Origin: Candidatus Omnitrophota bacterium
GTDB lineage: Bacteria > Omnitrophota > Gorgyraeia > B26-G9
Direction: 5' to 3'
Assembly: GCA_043814605.1 (NCBI GenBank)
Contig: JBDRJV010000013.1
Span: 34,471 to 98,470 of the forward strand
DNA length: 64,000 nt
Each line of letters opens with the position of its first letter. The first letter of the stretch is position 1. This document shows positions 20,743 to 33,857 of this stretch, piece by piece. The position numbers and the translations under genes were made by a program. The notes beneath the pieces are model-generated. The model was given only the letters and a program-made list of their open reading frames with translations, did no database searches and was not told the origin of the DNA.

Positions 20743-20892
20743 ATCTCCTCCTACTTGTTTTTCTTTAATTATACTCTTCTTAGATAACTTCTGCAAATAA
20801 AAAGGAGAATGCCCGTTCAGGATTTTCTCCTAATTCTCACGAACCTTTAGTTCGTAAGTACAATATTGGCTCACTGTGTTGGACGAGTTTCA

Positions 20893-20956
20893 CCCTAAGA
20901 AATTGCTAAGCATTTTCAGGGACTAAAGTCCTGGGAATCCAGAGAATTCCACAGGG
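20893..20956. repeat. Short double-hairpin insertion; second copy 30641-30704, partial inverted copy 20228-20255
   Basis: GAAATTGCTAAGCA.TTTCAGGGACTAA.GTCCTGGGAATCCAGAG.ATTCCACAGGG shared. Confidence 0.85.
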
Positions 20957-20999
20957 GCATTTTTTTCAAGAAAAAAAACAATCCTGATTCCTTTTCTTA

Positions 21000-21713
21000 T
21001 TAACTTGCCCGTCCTAACGTCTTGAACCAGATTCTATTCTTTCCCGTCATCTTAGCTTTATACATCGCCTGATCTGCTTCTTTTACAAATTCTTCAATTG
21101 TCTGCCCTGTTTGATATTCGGCAATGCCAATACTAACTGTTTTGTGCACATAGTATTCTGGGTTTACTTTAGCTTGCGGATAGAATTTCATTGTTTCGAT
21201 TTGTTTACGGATCCTTTCCGCTGGCGTTATAGCAAAATGTACAGCTGTCTCAAGTAATAATATGGTAAATTCTTCTCCGCCGATTCTAAAAGCGTAATCA
21301 GTTTTTCTTAAGTTGCTGGTAAAAATATCTGCCAGTTTTATAAGCACTATATCTCCAGCTCCATGCCCATATTTGTCGTTATAATTCTTAAAATTATCTA
21401 CATCAATATACAAAAGCGACATTGAACGTTCATACCTCTGGCATCGGGGGCATTCCATATTAAGATATTCATAAAAAACGCGGCGGTTATATAATTGGGT
21501 GAGAACATCTGTTCTGCTTAATTTTTCTAATTCTACATTTTTTCTTTCTAATTCCTTATACAGTAATTTAATCCCTTCATTTGTTTTCTTTGTTGCCCAC
21601 ATTTGATCATTAAGTTCCTGCTGGAGCTCATTTATTTGCTGCTGAAGAATTCTATTTTGTCCCATAAGATCAATTTGTTTTTCTTGATCTTTATTGTTTC
21701 CACCTCCAGCCAT
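21000..21713 (-). CDS. Diguanylate cyclase with N-terminal coiled coil
   Basis: TDVLTQLYNRR, RKTD I-site, GGEEF. Confidence 0.93.
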   Translation of the reverse strand: MAGGGNNKDQEKQIDLMGQNRILQQQINELQQELNDQMWATKKTNEGIKLLYKELERKNVELEKLSRTDVLTQLYNRRVFYEYLNMECPRCQRYERSMSLLYIDVDNFKNYNDKYGHGAGDIVLIKLADIFTSNLRKTDYAFRIGGEEFTILLLETAVHFAITPAERIRKQIETMKFYPQAKVNPEYYVHKTVSIGIAEYQTGQTIEEFVKEADQAMYKAKMTGKNRIWFKTLGRAS

Positions 21714-21737
21714 TATATAGATCTCCCTTTTAAAATT

Positions 21738-22097
21738 CTATCCAATAAGCTTTTTTACCGCAAGTACAATCTCTGAACAATCGCTAGTTTTTGCGCAATA
21801 ATCATCTGCTCCGGCTTTTCTTGCCTGTAAAGCATCAAAGGCATCTATTGACCCTGTCATCATAATAACTTTTGGTATTGTTTCTTGTTGCCAGGATTTA
21901 ATTAAACTACAAACTCCAAAACCGTCAATCCCTGGTAATATTGTATCTAAAATAACTACGATCGGTGCTTCAGCCTTAGCTTTTTCTAACGCCTCTTCTC
22001 CTGTTGCCGCAGTTAAAACATCATATTCTTTTTCAAAATTATCTTCTAATATTCTCAAGATTGTGGGGCTATCTTCAACAATAAGAATTTTTTTCAT
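21738..22097 (-). CDS. Single-domain response regulator
   Basis: ILIVED, LDTILPGIDG, GADDYCAK. Confidence 0.92.
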   Translation of the reverse strand: MKKILIVEDSPTILRILEDNFEKEYDVLTAATGEEALEKAKAEAPIVVILDTILPGIDGFGVCSLIKSWQQETIPKVIMMTGSIDAFDALQARKAGADDYCAKTSDCSEIVLAVKKLIG

Positions 22098-22398
22098 ATT
22101 TACCTTTTTCCTATATAAAATGGGTTAGCGCAGCAGGCCTTTGTGCTTATTATTTAAATGATACTATCTAGGTTAGAGTTAGTCAATACTAAATAGCTGC
22201 CTTTCTTCTATTTGTTGCAGTCATGTTTTGCCACAACACCTGGCAAAACAGATGTCCCTTAATAATTGCTGTCCGGACTTCTGCCTAACTTATCCCGTAA
22301 AAGGCGGGAAAAAACCGCGGGACAGGTCATCAACCACATAAGAATCCTCATAACTTTTACTGTGTAGGCTCTTTTGTTTACCCGCTAGTTTTTTTTAA

Positions 22399-22950
22399 CT
22401 ACTGTTTTCTTTTTTCAGCTTTTGCGGATTTTACTGACTTTGATTTTTTTGTAGATTTTGCAGGTTTTACTACCTTTGGCTTTTTTACAGCTTTTACAAT
22501 TTTAACTGATTTTGGCTTTTTAGAAAGCTGAACATTTATTGGTGTTTCTACTTTAGGATTGTCAATTACAAGCGGTTTAAAACTGTTTTTATTTCTGCGT
22601 CTTGCAAAACATTGTTTGCAATATACCTGACGATCGCCCTTTGGCTTGAACGGAACCTCACAGTCCATACCACAATCTGCGCAAACTGCTTTATACATCG
22701 GCCTGTTTTCCCTTGCCGGTTTCGGCCTAGGCAAAGGAATTACCGGCGGTATCGGCGGCTTAAGGACAGCAACAGGTTGCGGCGGGATACGGCTAAGAAC
22801 CGTATCTAACTTTGCTTCAAAAGAAGTGAGCTTCTGTACCAACACCGTAAGCAGGCTAACAATATCCTGTTTAGCAGATGTTGATATTGAAGGTTTTTTC
22901 GGCTTTATACTTTTACTAATAACAGTTTTCTTTTTCGTGCGTTTTTTCAT
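22399..22950 (-). CDS. CxxC-x17-CxxC domain protein with Lys-rich tails
   Basis: MYKAVCADCGMDCEVPFKPKGDRQVYCKQCF; K/P/A-rich C-terminus. Confidence 0.88.
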   Translation of the reverse strand: MKKRTKKKTVISKSIKPKKPSISTSAKQDIVSLLTVLVQKLTSFEAKLDTVLSRIPPQPVAVLKPPIPPVIPLPRPKPARENRPMYKAVCADCGMDCEVPFKPKGDRQVYCKQCFARRRNKNSFKPLVIDNPKVETPINVQLSKKPKSVKIVKAVKKPKVVKPAKSTKKSKSVKSAKAEKRKQ

Positions 22951-23158
22951 TCTGTCTCCTTTTTTAATTTTTTTTGTTTAAAAAATGAAAAAATTAAATT
23001 TATATTATTATTATAAAATAAAATGGGGCTCACTGCAATCGACTTATAGCGTTTACAGTGAAACTTGTATGGTTAACTGGCTCCTCGCGCAGGCAGATGC
23101 ACATAAATACTATTGTGATTGGGTAAACTTTGTATTTACTTGAGAAAAATGTAACCTC

Positions 23159-24388
23159 TTAGGATTTACTGGGTTTTACTGGTTGAGGGATTATATTCCC
23201 AATGAAAAATTCATCCACTAGATGCCCGAATTTTAGATAAATTTTATCGTTATTTATTTTTAGAATTGTATATTCATTAACTGTTTGTCCGGGGCGATAA
23301 GGCTTACCAGAAATCATCACAAAAGGATCTTCCTGATCGTACATGATACCTTCAATTTTTTCTTGATGAGTAAATGTCAGCAAAGCTGATGATTTATAAT
23401 CTAAAGGGTTTTTTAGCACTTCGTAATAAAACCGTAATCTGGGATATACCGGATTATTTTTATCGCAATATTTTAAAGCCTTTCGTAAAGGCTCTTTTGC
23501 TTGGCTGTACTCACGAATATTCATATAAGCAATCCCTATGTTGACATGGGCTCCCCAGTGTTTTCTTTCAAGTTCTAATGCTTTTTTTGCATAAGCAATT
23601 GATTCTCGAAAATCTCGCACGTCTTTATTACTAACATACACGGGGATACCTTTTTCCATATAACATTCACTCAAGAAGTAATACAAATCCGCCTGCAGCT
23701 TTTTAGTTGGTTCTCGTTCAAGAAGGGATTGAAATACCATAATTGCCTGATCATATCTGCCAATATTATAATATTTTTCTCCCCTATTCACCAAAGCCAT
23801 CTCCTCAGCTGATGTAAAATAGTTTTTAGTATCGTCGCTGTTTTCCTCCTGTGAAAGCCTCTTAACTTCTTCTAAATTAATACTATCTAAAAAAGCATTC
23901 ACCCCTCCATCCCCTTGGAGCTTGGCAAAACTTTCTTTTGTCCCCGCAACATAACATTCAATTAATCGAGGGCTTTTATCTTCCTTGGCCACATATTGTC
24001 TGATTTTAAGGGAAACTTTTTTCCCCTGATAAGAGATGCTATCTTCAGTTTCTAATAGATGCCAATTAAACATTTTTGTCGAGAACGTCATTATCTTTTT
24101 TGTTTCGTATCTCTGCTTCTGTTTAGCCTTTTGTTTATCCCTAAGCCAGGCCATAGCACTTTTTCTCGGAACATAGAGGGTTCTTAAATATATCTCAAAC
24201 AATCCCCCCTGATTTTGAAAACGAAAAGCATAATCATAGGTATAATCATCCTGACTTTCAATCCTTTCCCAATGTACCGGCTTTTTAAAAGTCAGCTTTT
24301 TAAGTGAGGTTATGTCGTACTGTACTGCACAGGAAATCAGGCTGCCAGTAAAAATAATAATTACAAATATGAATAATATTCTTTTCAT
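23159..24388 (-). CDS. TPR-containing lipoprotein
   Basis: MKRILF...LISC lipobox; TPR-like helices (GRYDQAIMVF, AHVNIGIAY); C-terminal IEGIMYD..PFVMISG resembles GspB/PilP-type tails. Confidence 0.7.
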   Translation of the reverse strand: MKRILFIFVIIIFTGSLISCAVQYDITSLKKLTFKKPVHWERIESQDDYTYDYAFRFQNQGGLFEIYLRTLYVPRKSAMAWLRDKQKAKQKQRYETKKIMTFSTKMFNWHLLETEDSISYQGKKVSLKIRQYVAKEDKSPRLIECYVAGTKESFAKLQGDGGVNAFLDSINLEEVKRLSQEENSDDTKNYFTSAEEMALVNRGEKYYNIGRYDQAIMVFQSLLEREPTKKLQADLYYFLSECYMEKGIPVYVSNKDVRDFRESIAYAKKALELERKHWGAHVNIGIAYMNIREYSQAKEPLRKALKYCDKNNPVYPRLRFYYEVLKNPLDYKSSALLTFTHQEKIEGIMYDQEDPFVMISGKPYRPGQTVNEYTILKINNDKIYLKFGHLVDEFFIGNIIPQPVKPSKS

Positions 24389-24491
24389 TGATTTATCCTT
24401 AAAAGAAATTCTTAAAAAAAATTGTAGCATCTAAGAGCTCTTCTTGTCAATAAAACAAAAGAGTAGGTAGGGAAAATATACAAAGAACTAA

Positions 24492-24701
24492 CTATGTTGC
24501 GCTTGAAATAGCATTGTATTTACATGCTGTTATACAGGCACCGCAATCAATACATTTGTCTGAATAAAAAACCACGGTATTCTTTCTTTCTAAAGCACCA
24601 GCTGGACAGACCTCAACACATCCCTCGCATGTTCCGCTACAACTACAAGTAGTACATTTGCCATCTTTAAAACAACATTTGTCATAGTCAATAACAATCA
24701 T
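24492..24701 (-). CDS. 4Fe-4S ferredoxin
   Basis: CEGCVEVCP, CIDCGACITAC. Confidence 0.9.
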   Translation of the reverse strand: MIVIDYDKCCFKDGKCTTCSCSGTCEGCVEVCPAGALERKNTVVFYSDKCIDCGACITACKYNAISSAT

Positions 24702-24918
24702 TTTAACGTTCCTCTTTACTATATATTATTGCATTCCAAAATAAAACCAGCTATAAGTATTTACTATTTTATCAACATATCCTCATTTTATTGTAGCTAT
24801 TCATCACAGTCAATATAATCTTCTTTTCTTTTTTCTTTTACTATGCTGCTTTATTGTACTGTTTCAGGGAGTTCTACTACGGGAAAATACATAAAAAAAG
24901 CATGGTAACTTTTTATTT

Positions 24919-24952
24919 AAAAAGCCCAACATCTAAAGACGCTGGGCTTTTT
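24919..24952. terminator. Intrinsic terminator downstream of katG
   Basis: AAAAAGCCCA...TGGGCTTTTT hairpin. Confidence 0.75.
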
Positions 24953-24993
24953 AAAAACTTTCGGAAGATACTTATATCATAAAAATTCTAAAA

Positions 24994-27186
<2,193 letters not shown>

Positions 27187-27196
27187 TTACCCCCAT

Positions 27197-27889
27197 TTAT
27201 TTTAATTTAAGCGGTTTAAAACAAATAAACCAATCCAGGCATTTTATACCTTCTTTTTTTGCGCCATCAACGCGCTCTTTGGCCGAACCGCAGCTCCCCG
27301 GAGGAGGCACAATAACATCATCGCCTGGCTGCCAATCTGCCGGAGTCGCGACATTGTACTTTTCTGCTGTTTGCATCGCAATCAACATGCGCTTGATCTC
27401 CTGAAAATTACGCCCGGTTGATGATGGATAATACATTAATGCACGCACTTTTGCTTGAGGATCAATAAGAAATACCGCTCTTACCGCACTCGAAATACTT
27501 GCCTGCGGCTACACCATACCAAACTTTTTTGCGACATCCATAGTTAAATCGGCAATCACAGGAAAATTGACTTCAATGTTTTTCATTCCTTTATATTCAA
27601 TTTTTTCCTTTATGGTTCTTAGCCAGGCAATATGGCTGTAATGGCTATCGATTGATAGCCCGATAAGTTTACAATTTAATGCTTCAAATTCTTTCTCCAT
27701 CGAAGCAAAGGTCATAAACTCAGTTGTGCAAACAGGCGTAAAATCCGCCGGATGGCTGAAAAGTATTACCCATTTTCCTTTATAATCTTCCGGAAACTTG
27801 ATATGGCCTTGTGTTGTATCTGCCTCAAAAGCAGGGGCAAGCTCACCAATAACCGGCATGTGTGTTCTCTCGCAGCAATTTTGTTCCAT
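27197..27889 (-). pseudogene. Peroxiredoxin (Prx6/archaeal-type AhpC) interrupted by one in-frame TAG
   Basis: FSHPADFTPVCTTE in the 5' ORF; GGT ATG GTG TAG CCG continues in frame to AVRAVFLIDP...GRNFQEI...TPADW. Confidence 0.88.
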
Positions 27890-27909
27890 AACTTTCTCCT
27901 TCCTTATTA

Positions 27910-28215
27910 TTATTTTTTCATTTTGGCTATTTCTTCTTCAACTTCTCCGGCGCCTTCATCATAGAACTTCTGCTCATCCGGAGCTAATTCTTTCAATAGT
28001 CTTAAAAATTCTCCGGCATGCACTCTCTCCTCATCTGCAATATCTTGTAATACTTCCTGCGCAAGTTTATTATCAGTTGATTCTGCCAGCTGCATATAAA
28101 GCTGAATCGCTTCATATTCTGCGGCAACCATAAAGCGGATCGCGCGAACCAACTCTGTTTTGCTGATTTTTTTCTCTTTTGCTATCCCTGAAAAAGGTGA
28201 TCCAAATTCCGGCAT
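27910..28215 (-). CDS. Ferritin-like/rubrerythrin family protein
   Basis: AEYEAIQLY...DIADEERVHAGEF di-iron motif. Confidence 0.88.
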   Translation of the reverse strand: MPEFGSPFSGIAKEKKISKTELVRAIRFMVAAEYEAIQLYMQLAESTDNKLAQEVLQDIADEERVHAGEFLRLLKELAPDEQKFYDEGAGEVEEEIAKMKK

Positions 28216-28335
28216 AATTGCCTCCTTTCTTTAAATAAGCGCATGACTTACGGAGCGTTTTAGGATACGTCAAGTCAACCTGCGCGAATTTAGTCCGAAA
28301 TGGCTGCGGCTTAGCAGACATTTTCGTAATCATTA

Positions 28336-28764
28336 TTACCTGCATTTTTCACAGATAAATTCTAATATTACTCGTTTATGCAGTACGTTATATTTCTTTT
28401 CGATACTGCGGGGGATTTTTAAATCATCAAATTCTTTATTATCAAAATCAATAATTTTGCCACATTTTATACAACTTAGATGATGATGATTTTCTATAAA
28501 AGGATCAAATCTTTTTTGTCGGTTATAGCTTTCAGCTATTTTAATAATACCGATATCCGCATAAGACAATAAAGTTCTGTTGACAGTATCAAATGAAATA
28601 TTAGGAAAATTTATTTTTATCTTTTTATAAACATCATCAGCAGAAGGATGCGTTAGATCATCTTTTAATGCTTCATATATCGCTATCCTCTGAGGAGTAA
28701 TGCGTAAATTATTTTCCTTACACCTTAGCTTAAAAACATCAATAGAATTATTTTGCTTATTCAT
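28336..28764 (-). CDS. perR: PerR-like Fur-family regulator
   Basis: TPQRIAI, HPSADDVY, HHHLSCIKC; heads the ferritin-like/prx/katG operon. Confidence 0.8.
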   Translation of the reverse strand: MNKQNNSIDVFKLRCKENNLRITPQRIAIYEALKDDLTHPSADDVYKKIKINFPNISFDTVNRTLLSYADIGIIKIAESYNRQKRFDPFIENHHHLSCIKCGKIIDFDNKEFDDLKIPRSIEKKYNVLHKRVILEFICEKCR

Positions 28765-28771
28765 ATTTATT

Positions 28772-28800
28772 ACTATATAGTAATTATTCCTATTTGTCAA
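28772..28800 (-). promoter_or_regulatory. Sigma70 promoter with an internal palindromic operator
   Basis: TTGACA-N17-TATAGT; spacer contains ATAGGAATAATTACTAT; ATG 8 nt after the -10 box suggests a leaderless mRNA. Confidence 0.65.
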
Positions 28801-28920
28801 GTTGTTTTTACAAATAAAAAACCGTCCGGGTCTCCTCCCTGACGGTCTTAAGTCCTAATTAAATTCTACTCTTCAAAAAGTAACAGGTCAAGAAAAATGA
28901 ATTACCCCCCCCTCCTTTCA

Positions 28921-29030
28921 TAATAAAAACCCCCTCACATTTCTGTGAGAGGTTTTTTATTATTGGCTCCCCGTATTACCTGTCCCCAGCGCTTGATTTG
29001 TAAGCAAATCAGCAGGGGGGACGAGTTTCG
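28921..29030. repeat. Junction module: terminator + tRNA 3' end + palindromic insert; full copy 38895-39009, terminator plus tRNA end also at 33873-33926
   Basis: AAAACCCCTCACATTTCTGTGAGAGGTTTT..TGGCTCCCCGT three times; CCTGTCCCCAGCGCTTGATTTGTAAGCAAATCAGCA twice plus a variant at 30546. Confidence 0.9.
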
Positions 29031-29113
29031 CAACTTTTTGGATGAGTTTAGGCAGTGGTGCTTGAGTGAGGAAGCGAGCAGGTTACATAAAGAACTGACT
29101 ATTGCGTAAAATG

Positions 29114-29644
29114 TTATAATTTTATCGCTTTCTTTATCTTATAATTCTTTTTTGTTAAATAATTTCCTAATGCTATCGAAGTTATAATAACCAAAGGCAA
29201 AGATATCAATAGCCTTATTGCTGTAAATTTGAGCCCGACAAAAGACGCTTCAAATACTGTCATCGGTACCCTTGTAATGGCGGATGCTCCGAGAAACGTA
29301 AAAATAACGCTTAACTTTGCGCCTTTGTTGTATAAAGCGTGTGCTATGGGCAAAGCCACATATAAACCGCCGATCATAGTCCCGGCAAGAAGTATAACCC
29401 AAAAATACCCCTTAACGCCTGAATCATCGCCTAAATGCTTTTCAACCGTTTCTTTCTTTACCCACACCTCAAACAACCCAATAAGAACAAACGCAAAAGG
29501 CAATACCTTAAACATATCTATAGCGAAAGATAAAAAATTCCGCCCGATCTCTTTCCCCGGGGCAAAACCAAAAGAAAACGAAATGATTAAAAACAAAAAG
29601 TAAGCACTGATCACAATATTTTTTATGGCATTCTCTTTTTTCAT
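29114..29644 (-). CDS. Predicted permease (DUF318/ArsP-like), subunit 2
   Basis: GLFEVWV, GGLYVALP.A..L..KGA, FEASFVG; start MKKEN overlaps the upstream stop (TGATG). Confidence 0.8.
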   Translation of the reverse strand: MKKENAIKNIVISAYFLFLIISFSFGFAPGKEIGRNFLSFAIDMFKVLPFAFVLIGLFEVWVKKETVEKHLGDDSGVKGYFWVILLAGTMIGGLYVALPIAHALYNKGAKLSVIFTFLGASAITRVPMTVFEASFVGLKFTAIRLLISLPLVIITSIALGNYLTKKNYKIKKAIKL

Positions 29645-30132
29645 CAGAAAATCTCCCCGAAAAAAATACCGGTCGCCAATGCCACGAGCAATGCGATACC
29701 AAAGCTGATCACATTTCGCATAACAGTCACCTTTAATCCGAAATATTCTTTCTCTATCGGATATGTGAGCACCCCAATCATCATCAAAGTAGTGGTAAAA
29801 GCAGACAAAACCATATAAGAAACTCCTTGTTTCAATAAAATTCCACACAAGGGGAAAACTATGAATCCAGGCACCAGCGTTATAGAGCCAAAAAAAGAGG
29901 CAAAAAGAACACCACGTAATTGGCTACCATCCCCCAGATAACTTAAAAGAACTTTATTAGGAAAAACAAAAAGAACGATTGAGGTAAGAATGAGCATCAT
30001 TAAGAAAGCAGGAAAAATATTTACAAATTTCCTAAAAGCTATTTTAGCCGCTTTAAGCGTTTTCTCGCGACTTGTAATAAAGGAAACCAGCACTATTAAC
30101 CCTGTTATTGCATATAACCCTAATATCCTCAA
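29644..30132 (-). CDS. Predicted permease (DUF318/ArsP-like), subunit 1
   Basis: GSITLVPGFIVFPL, EKEYFG...RN. Confidence 0.8.
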   Translation of the reverse strand: MRILGLYAITGLIVLVSFITSREKTLKAAKIAFRKFVNIFPAFLMMLILTSIVLFVFPNKVLLSYLGDGSQLRGVLFASFFGSITLVPGFIVFPLCGILLKQGVSYMVLSAFTTTLMMIGVLTYPIEKEYFGLKVTVMRNVISFGIALLVALATGIFFGEIF

Positions 30133-30449
30133 AATGTCACAACCTTATCGCTCTCCTTAACAATATAATACATATCTTTCATTGTAGAAATAGGACACAT
30201 TTCAGAACTTTCCTGCTCTCTTGATTTAATACAACTACCGCAGGCATATATTTTCCCGCCAGATTCTATCAGTTTCTCTGCCTGTTCAACTGTGTTAAAC
30301 TTCTCCGTGCCTATTTTTTGATATTCAACCCCCTTACCCATAAAGAAAACCTTAACGTCATCTTTTTGGGACAAGCAAAAATTAGCATATCGCAAAGCAT
30401 TCCAACAAGTCTCAACATCATTGCTTGAAATTATAACACCTATTTTCAT
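30129..30449 (-). CDS. DsrE family sulfur-relay protein
   Basis: WNALRYAN, FFMGKGVE, ACGSC, CPISTM, SDKVVTF. Confidence 0.9.
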   Translation of the reverse strand: MKIGVIISSNDVETCWNALRYANFCLSQKDDVKVFFMGKGVEYQKIGTEKFNTVEQAEKLIESGGKIYACGSCIKSREQESSEMCPISTMKDMYYIVKESDKVVTF

Positions 30450-30816
30450 TGTTCGCCCCTCCTTTTAATGCATTATATCCCAAACAAAAACCCCTTGCAA
30501 CTGAATAAGCCACAAGGGGTTCAAAAATACTGGCTCCCTGTATTATCTGTCCCCAGCGCTTGATTTGCCTTCCTTTTCCTGTATTAAATTTTATTTATGC
30601 AAAATTTGCAGGAGTCAATCAGCCGGGGAGACTAGTTTCGCCCCTTGAAATTGCTAAGCAATTTCAGGGACTAACGTCCTGGGAATCCAGAGGATTCCAC
30701 AGGGTCAGTTTTTCAAGAAAAAAATAATCCTGACTTTTTATTGTATCTACCAACAGAAACCATGCAGAAAAGCAGGGTAACTTGATCCAAAACTAAAAAT
30801 TAACAACTAATTCATA

Positions 30817-32778
30817 TTAAATAGCCTGTTCAAAAAACTGGTTTGATTGGAAATTGACAACCTTCGAAAAACTATTCAGTGGAATTTTATTATCCACAAA
30901 TAATTTTTCTAGATACTGCTGTGTATACTTAAGCATCTTTTCGGGGAATTTTTTTCTTCTTAATATCTGCAGAGTATTTGTCTCTTCCCATTTTAAAGAA
31001 CCTGGACGTAATTTATAATCGCGTATTGCTTCTCCATCTTGGGTTGATCCTTCCTTAAAGTGCATATTTTTAATATTTTTAATTTCATCAACTAAAGTTA
31101 TAATACTCAAATCCTGCGTAGCTACCAGTCCCAACACATTCTGTTCAGCAAGAAGCTTTATTGCTGCTTTCTGGGTAACTGTTCTGTTTGTCGGTTCTGT
31201 CCCTTCAAACATCTCATCCCCCACAAAAGCAAAAATTGTCTTTTTCCCCTGCATTGCAGCCATAATATGATCAAGCATACGGTCAGATTCAACATCAAAT
31301 TTACTCATATCCTCAGCCAAAGAATCTTCGGTATTAATATGAGTACGGATATATACAGGAGTAAAATCCATGTTTTCTGCTGTGACAGGACTTCCAATCT
31401 GAGCCATAACTAAAAGCAATGCATACATTTTTAAAATAGTTGTCTTCCCGTTCATGTTCGGACCAGTAATGGTTAAAAAACTAGTTTCATCAGGATCAAG
31501 AACAATAGAGTTTGGCTCGATTAATTGCCTTAAAACATGTAGGGGGTGTATCGCATTTTGAATATTAACGTAAGGATTATCCTGTTCTAGAACTTTAGGA
31601 AATATATTAATTTGATGGTCTACTGCATTCTGCGCTATTGCTGTATAAGCATCTAATTCTGCTACTGCCCCAAAAATTCGTTTAAATTCATCCTCTTTTT
31701 TATTAAGCAACCGGCTTAATCCCTCATAACTTCTATTCTTAATACAATCTACCAAGCTAAAAGCATGTTTTTTATCTCTTAAAGCACTTAAAGTTTCTAC
31801 AATCTCTTCTAACAAAGGTAATCCCTCTATTTGAGGATATTCTTTTAAAACTTTCTTAAGTAAATATGCTTTATCTGTAAAATTAAGTAGGGCTGATTTT
31901 GCGTCCTTCATCTCCATAAGCATAGGGAAAAAAACAAATATCGCAAACATGGATATTGCAAAAATAAATATGTTGATATGTAAAGATACTGCTAATATGC
32001 CTAAATAAACATACATTATTTTAACAAAACTCTTGATTGACGGCTTTTTCTTTAAAATATTAAAAGCATACTTATCATCTGTATTTTTTAAAATTTCATT
32101 TAATGATTGCCGCAGTTCTTCATTTTTTATCAAAAAAGCCACTACTTTTTGACGCTGTTTTATATGTTCTGTATCTAAAAAAGGATTGCATAATAACCGC
32201 TTAAACCGCAGATCTCCAAGATAAGTCTTTGTCCGGTTAAAATAATTATACAAAGAAAATTCTCCTTTACTGATTATCTCTAAATCTAAAATATCACGTA
32301 TACTTAAGGGATCATGTAAAAATTCTTTTCGGTAAACAATTCCGCCATTTTCAAGCGCAGGATAATCTTCTACTTGTGGTTTTTTGTACAAGGCGGTTTT
32401 TCCTTTTCCTTTATCAATCTTTAGAGGAGCTGGCATATGTTTCTCTAATTCGTTCTGTAAATCAATTTCTCCTTCTTTTTTGCGAAATTTATACCAAGTT
32501 GTACCCACCATAAACGCAAATATAAAAATAGATATATTAATCAATCCGAAAGTCATTATTTGCATAACTAATAATGCTATCGTGCCAGACGAAATAAAAG
32601 CAAATTTCAAATATAAAAATGATACAGAAACCATCATTAACCCAGGAATCAAAAAAAACCATTTCTTTTTCTTTTTTGTCTGAGTAATATGATCTTTTAA
32701 CTTTTTCTCAGCTCGAGCAATATCATTCATTTTTAATTCTGTAACTTCTTCAGCAGTTAACGCAAGTAATTTGTCCAT
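30817..32778 (-). CDS. MutS-domain-V ATPase with TM segments and EQAI tail, probably 5'-truncated
   Basis: RTKTYLG, ITGPNMNGKT, DSLAEDMSKF, DEMFEGT, DYKLRPG; ends FFEQAI. Confidence 0.8.
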   Translation of the reverse strand: MDKLLALTAEEVTELKMNDIARAEKKLKDHITQTKKKKKWFFLIPGLMMVSVSFLYLKFAFISSGTIALLVMQIMTFGLINISIFIFAFMVGTTWYKFRKKEGEIDLQNELEKHMPAPLKIDKGKGKTALYKKPQVEDYPALENGGIVYRKEFLHDPLSIRDILDLEIISKGEFSLYNYFNRTKTYLGDLRFKRLLCNPFLDTEHIKQRQKVVAFLIKNEELRQSLNEILKNTDDKYAFNILKKKPSIKSFVKIMYVYLGILAVSLHINIFIFAISMFAIFVFFPMLMEMKDAKSALLNFTDKAYLLKKVLKEYPQIEGLPLLEEIVETLSALRDKKHAFSLVDCIKNRSYEGLSRLLNKKEDEFKRIFGAVAELDAYTAIAQNAVDHQINIFPKVLEQDNPYVNIQNAIHPLHVLRQLIEPNSIVLDPDETSFLTITGPNMNGKTTILKMYALLLVMAQIGSPVTAENMDFTPVYIRTHINTEDSLAEDMSKFDVESDRMLDHIMAAMQGKKTIFAFVGDEMFEGTEPTNRTVTQKAAIKLLAEQNVLGLVATQDLSIITLVDEIKNIKNMHFKEGSTQDGEAIRDYKLRPGSLKWEETNTLQILRRKKFPEKMLKYTQQYLEKLFVDNKIPLNSFSKVVNFQSNQFFEQAI

Positions 32779-33313
32779 ACTGGGATTAATTGCTGGCTTA
32801 TTTTTTCTTGAAGAAAAACTATCTCAATGGTTTGCTAAGAATTATTCTTTGGTTAATATCTATTACTACGGGGGAATCCATTCTGAAAAATCATTCTTTG
32901 ATTCTCACTCCGAATATAAAAACAATACCAGCTCTGTAAACCATTTTCTCCTCAAACAATACAGAAAAGATAAAGAAAGATTTTTCAAAAAATTAAAAAG
33001 CTATAATATTATTGTGAGACAAAAAGAAATCTGGAGTGTTTATGATAATACAAAAGGAACTTATAACCTAAAATGTAATTGTGATGTTGAACTAACAGTT
33101 GATGCTCTCGACAGAATTCAAGATTATCAACAAATAATTCTTTGTAGTGGAGACGGAGATTTTGCGAGATTAATACGCTACTTAAAAAATAAAGGTAAGA
33201 TTACAACCGTTTTATCAATAAAGCAAAGAACTTCTGGAATACTCAAAAAGGCTACAAATAACTTGATTTATCTTCATACGCTAAAACACTTAATCGAGTT
33301 TACCCGTCCTTAA
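32771..33313 (+). pseudogene. NYN/LabA-family PIN nuclease, N-terminally truncated
   Basis: KCNCDVELTVD, ILCSGDGDF; the N-terminal IDxxN motif is absent and the ORF overlaps the divergent gene. Confidence 0.75.
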
Positions 33314-33725
33314 ACACAGAAAGCTCTACTTTCGTAGAGCCTCCGCATTCGCCATCACAAGATGGCTTTAGTCCTGTAATATAAGTATATCATAGTATAC
33401 TATTTAATTCAATTATGTCAATTAATTTTTTACTATGCTAACGACAATTATTATTTTACACTTGATTACAAATAGTTAATCCCCAAAAAGACAAGTTTCT
33501 CAACTAGTTGATAGCTATCAAATAAGATAATTTTGTGAAAACATTTAATTCTTCTGTTTATCTATAAATCCTTTCAGCAATTTTACTGAAGTAGCATAGA
33601 ATAGGACGAAATAGGGGACGTAGTTAGATAATTAGATATTAATTTCCCCGCCCCAATTTTCTTAACTTAATATATCTTAATAATACTCCTGAGATGGAGA
33701 GATTTCAAGATTATTCTGATTCCCA

Positions 33726-33857
33726 CTCGGACTCGGCGCCTCCGCCTACGCAGAAGCTCCGGCTCCGGTCGGCCAGTCAACCGCTGACAGCCGGTCTTCG
33801 ACTTACGGCCTTTTCCTCCCTTAGGTCGGCGCGGTCTCAATTCGAGTCCTCACAGCA
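33726..33857. repeat. 132-bp GC-rich fold-back repeat, second copy 42221-42352
   Basis: CTCGGACTCGGCGCCTCC...CTCAATTCGAGTCCTCACAGCA, near-identical at both sites. Confidence 0.92.

Noticed and set aside
27509-27511. Stop-codon recoding (pyrrolysine or alternative code) at the prx TAG
   Set aside because: TAG terminates other genes normally in this window; a single C-to-T change explains it
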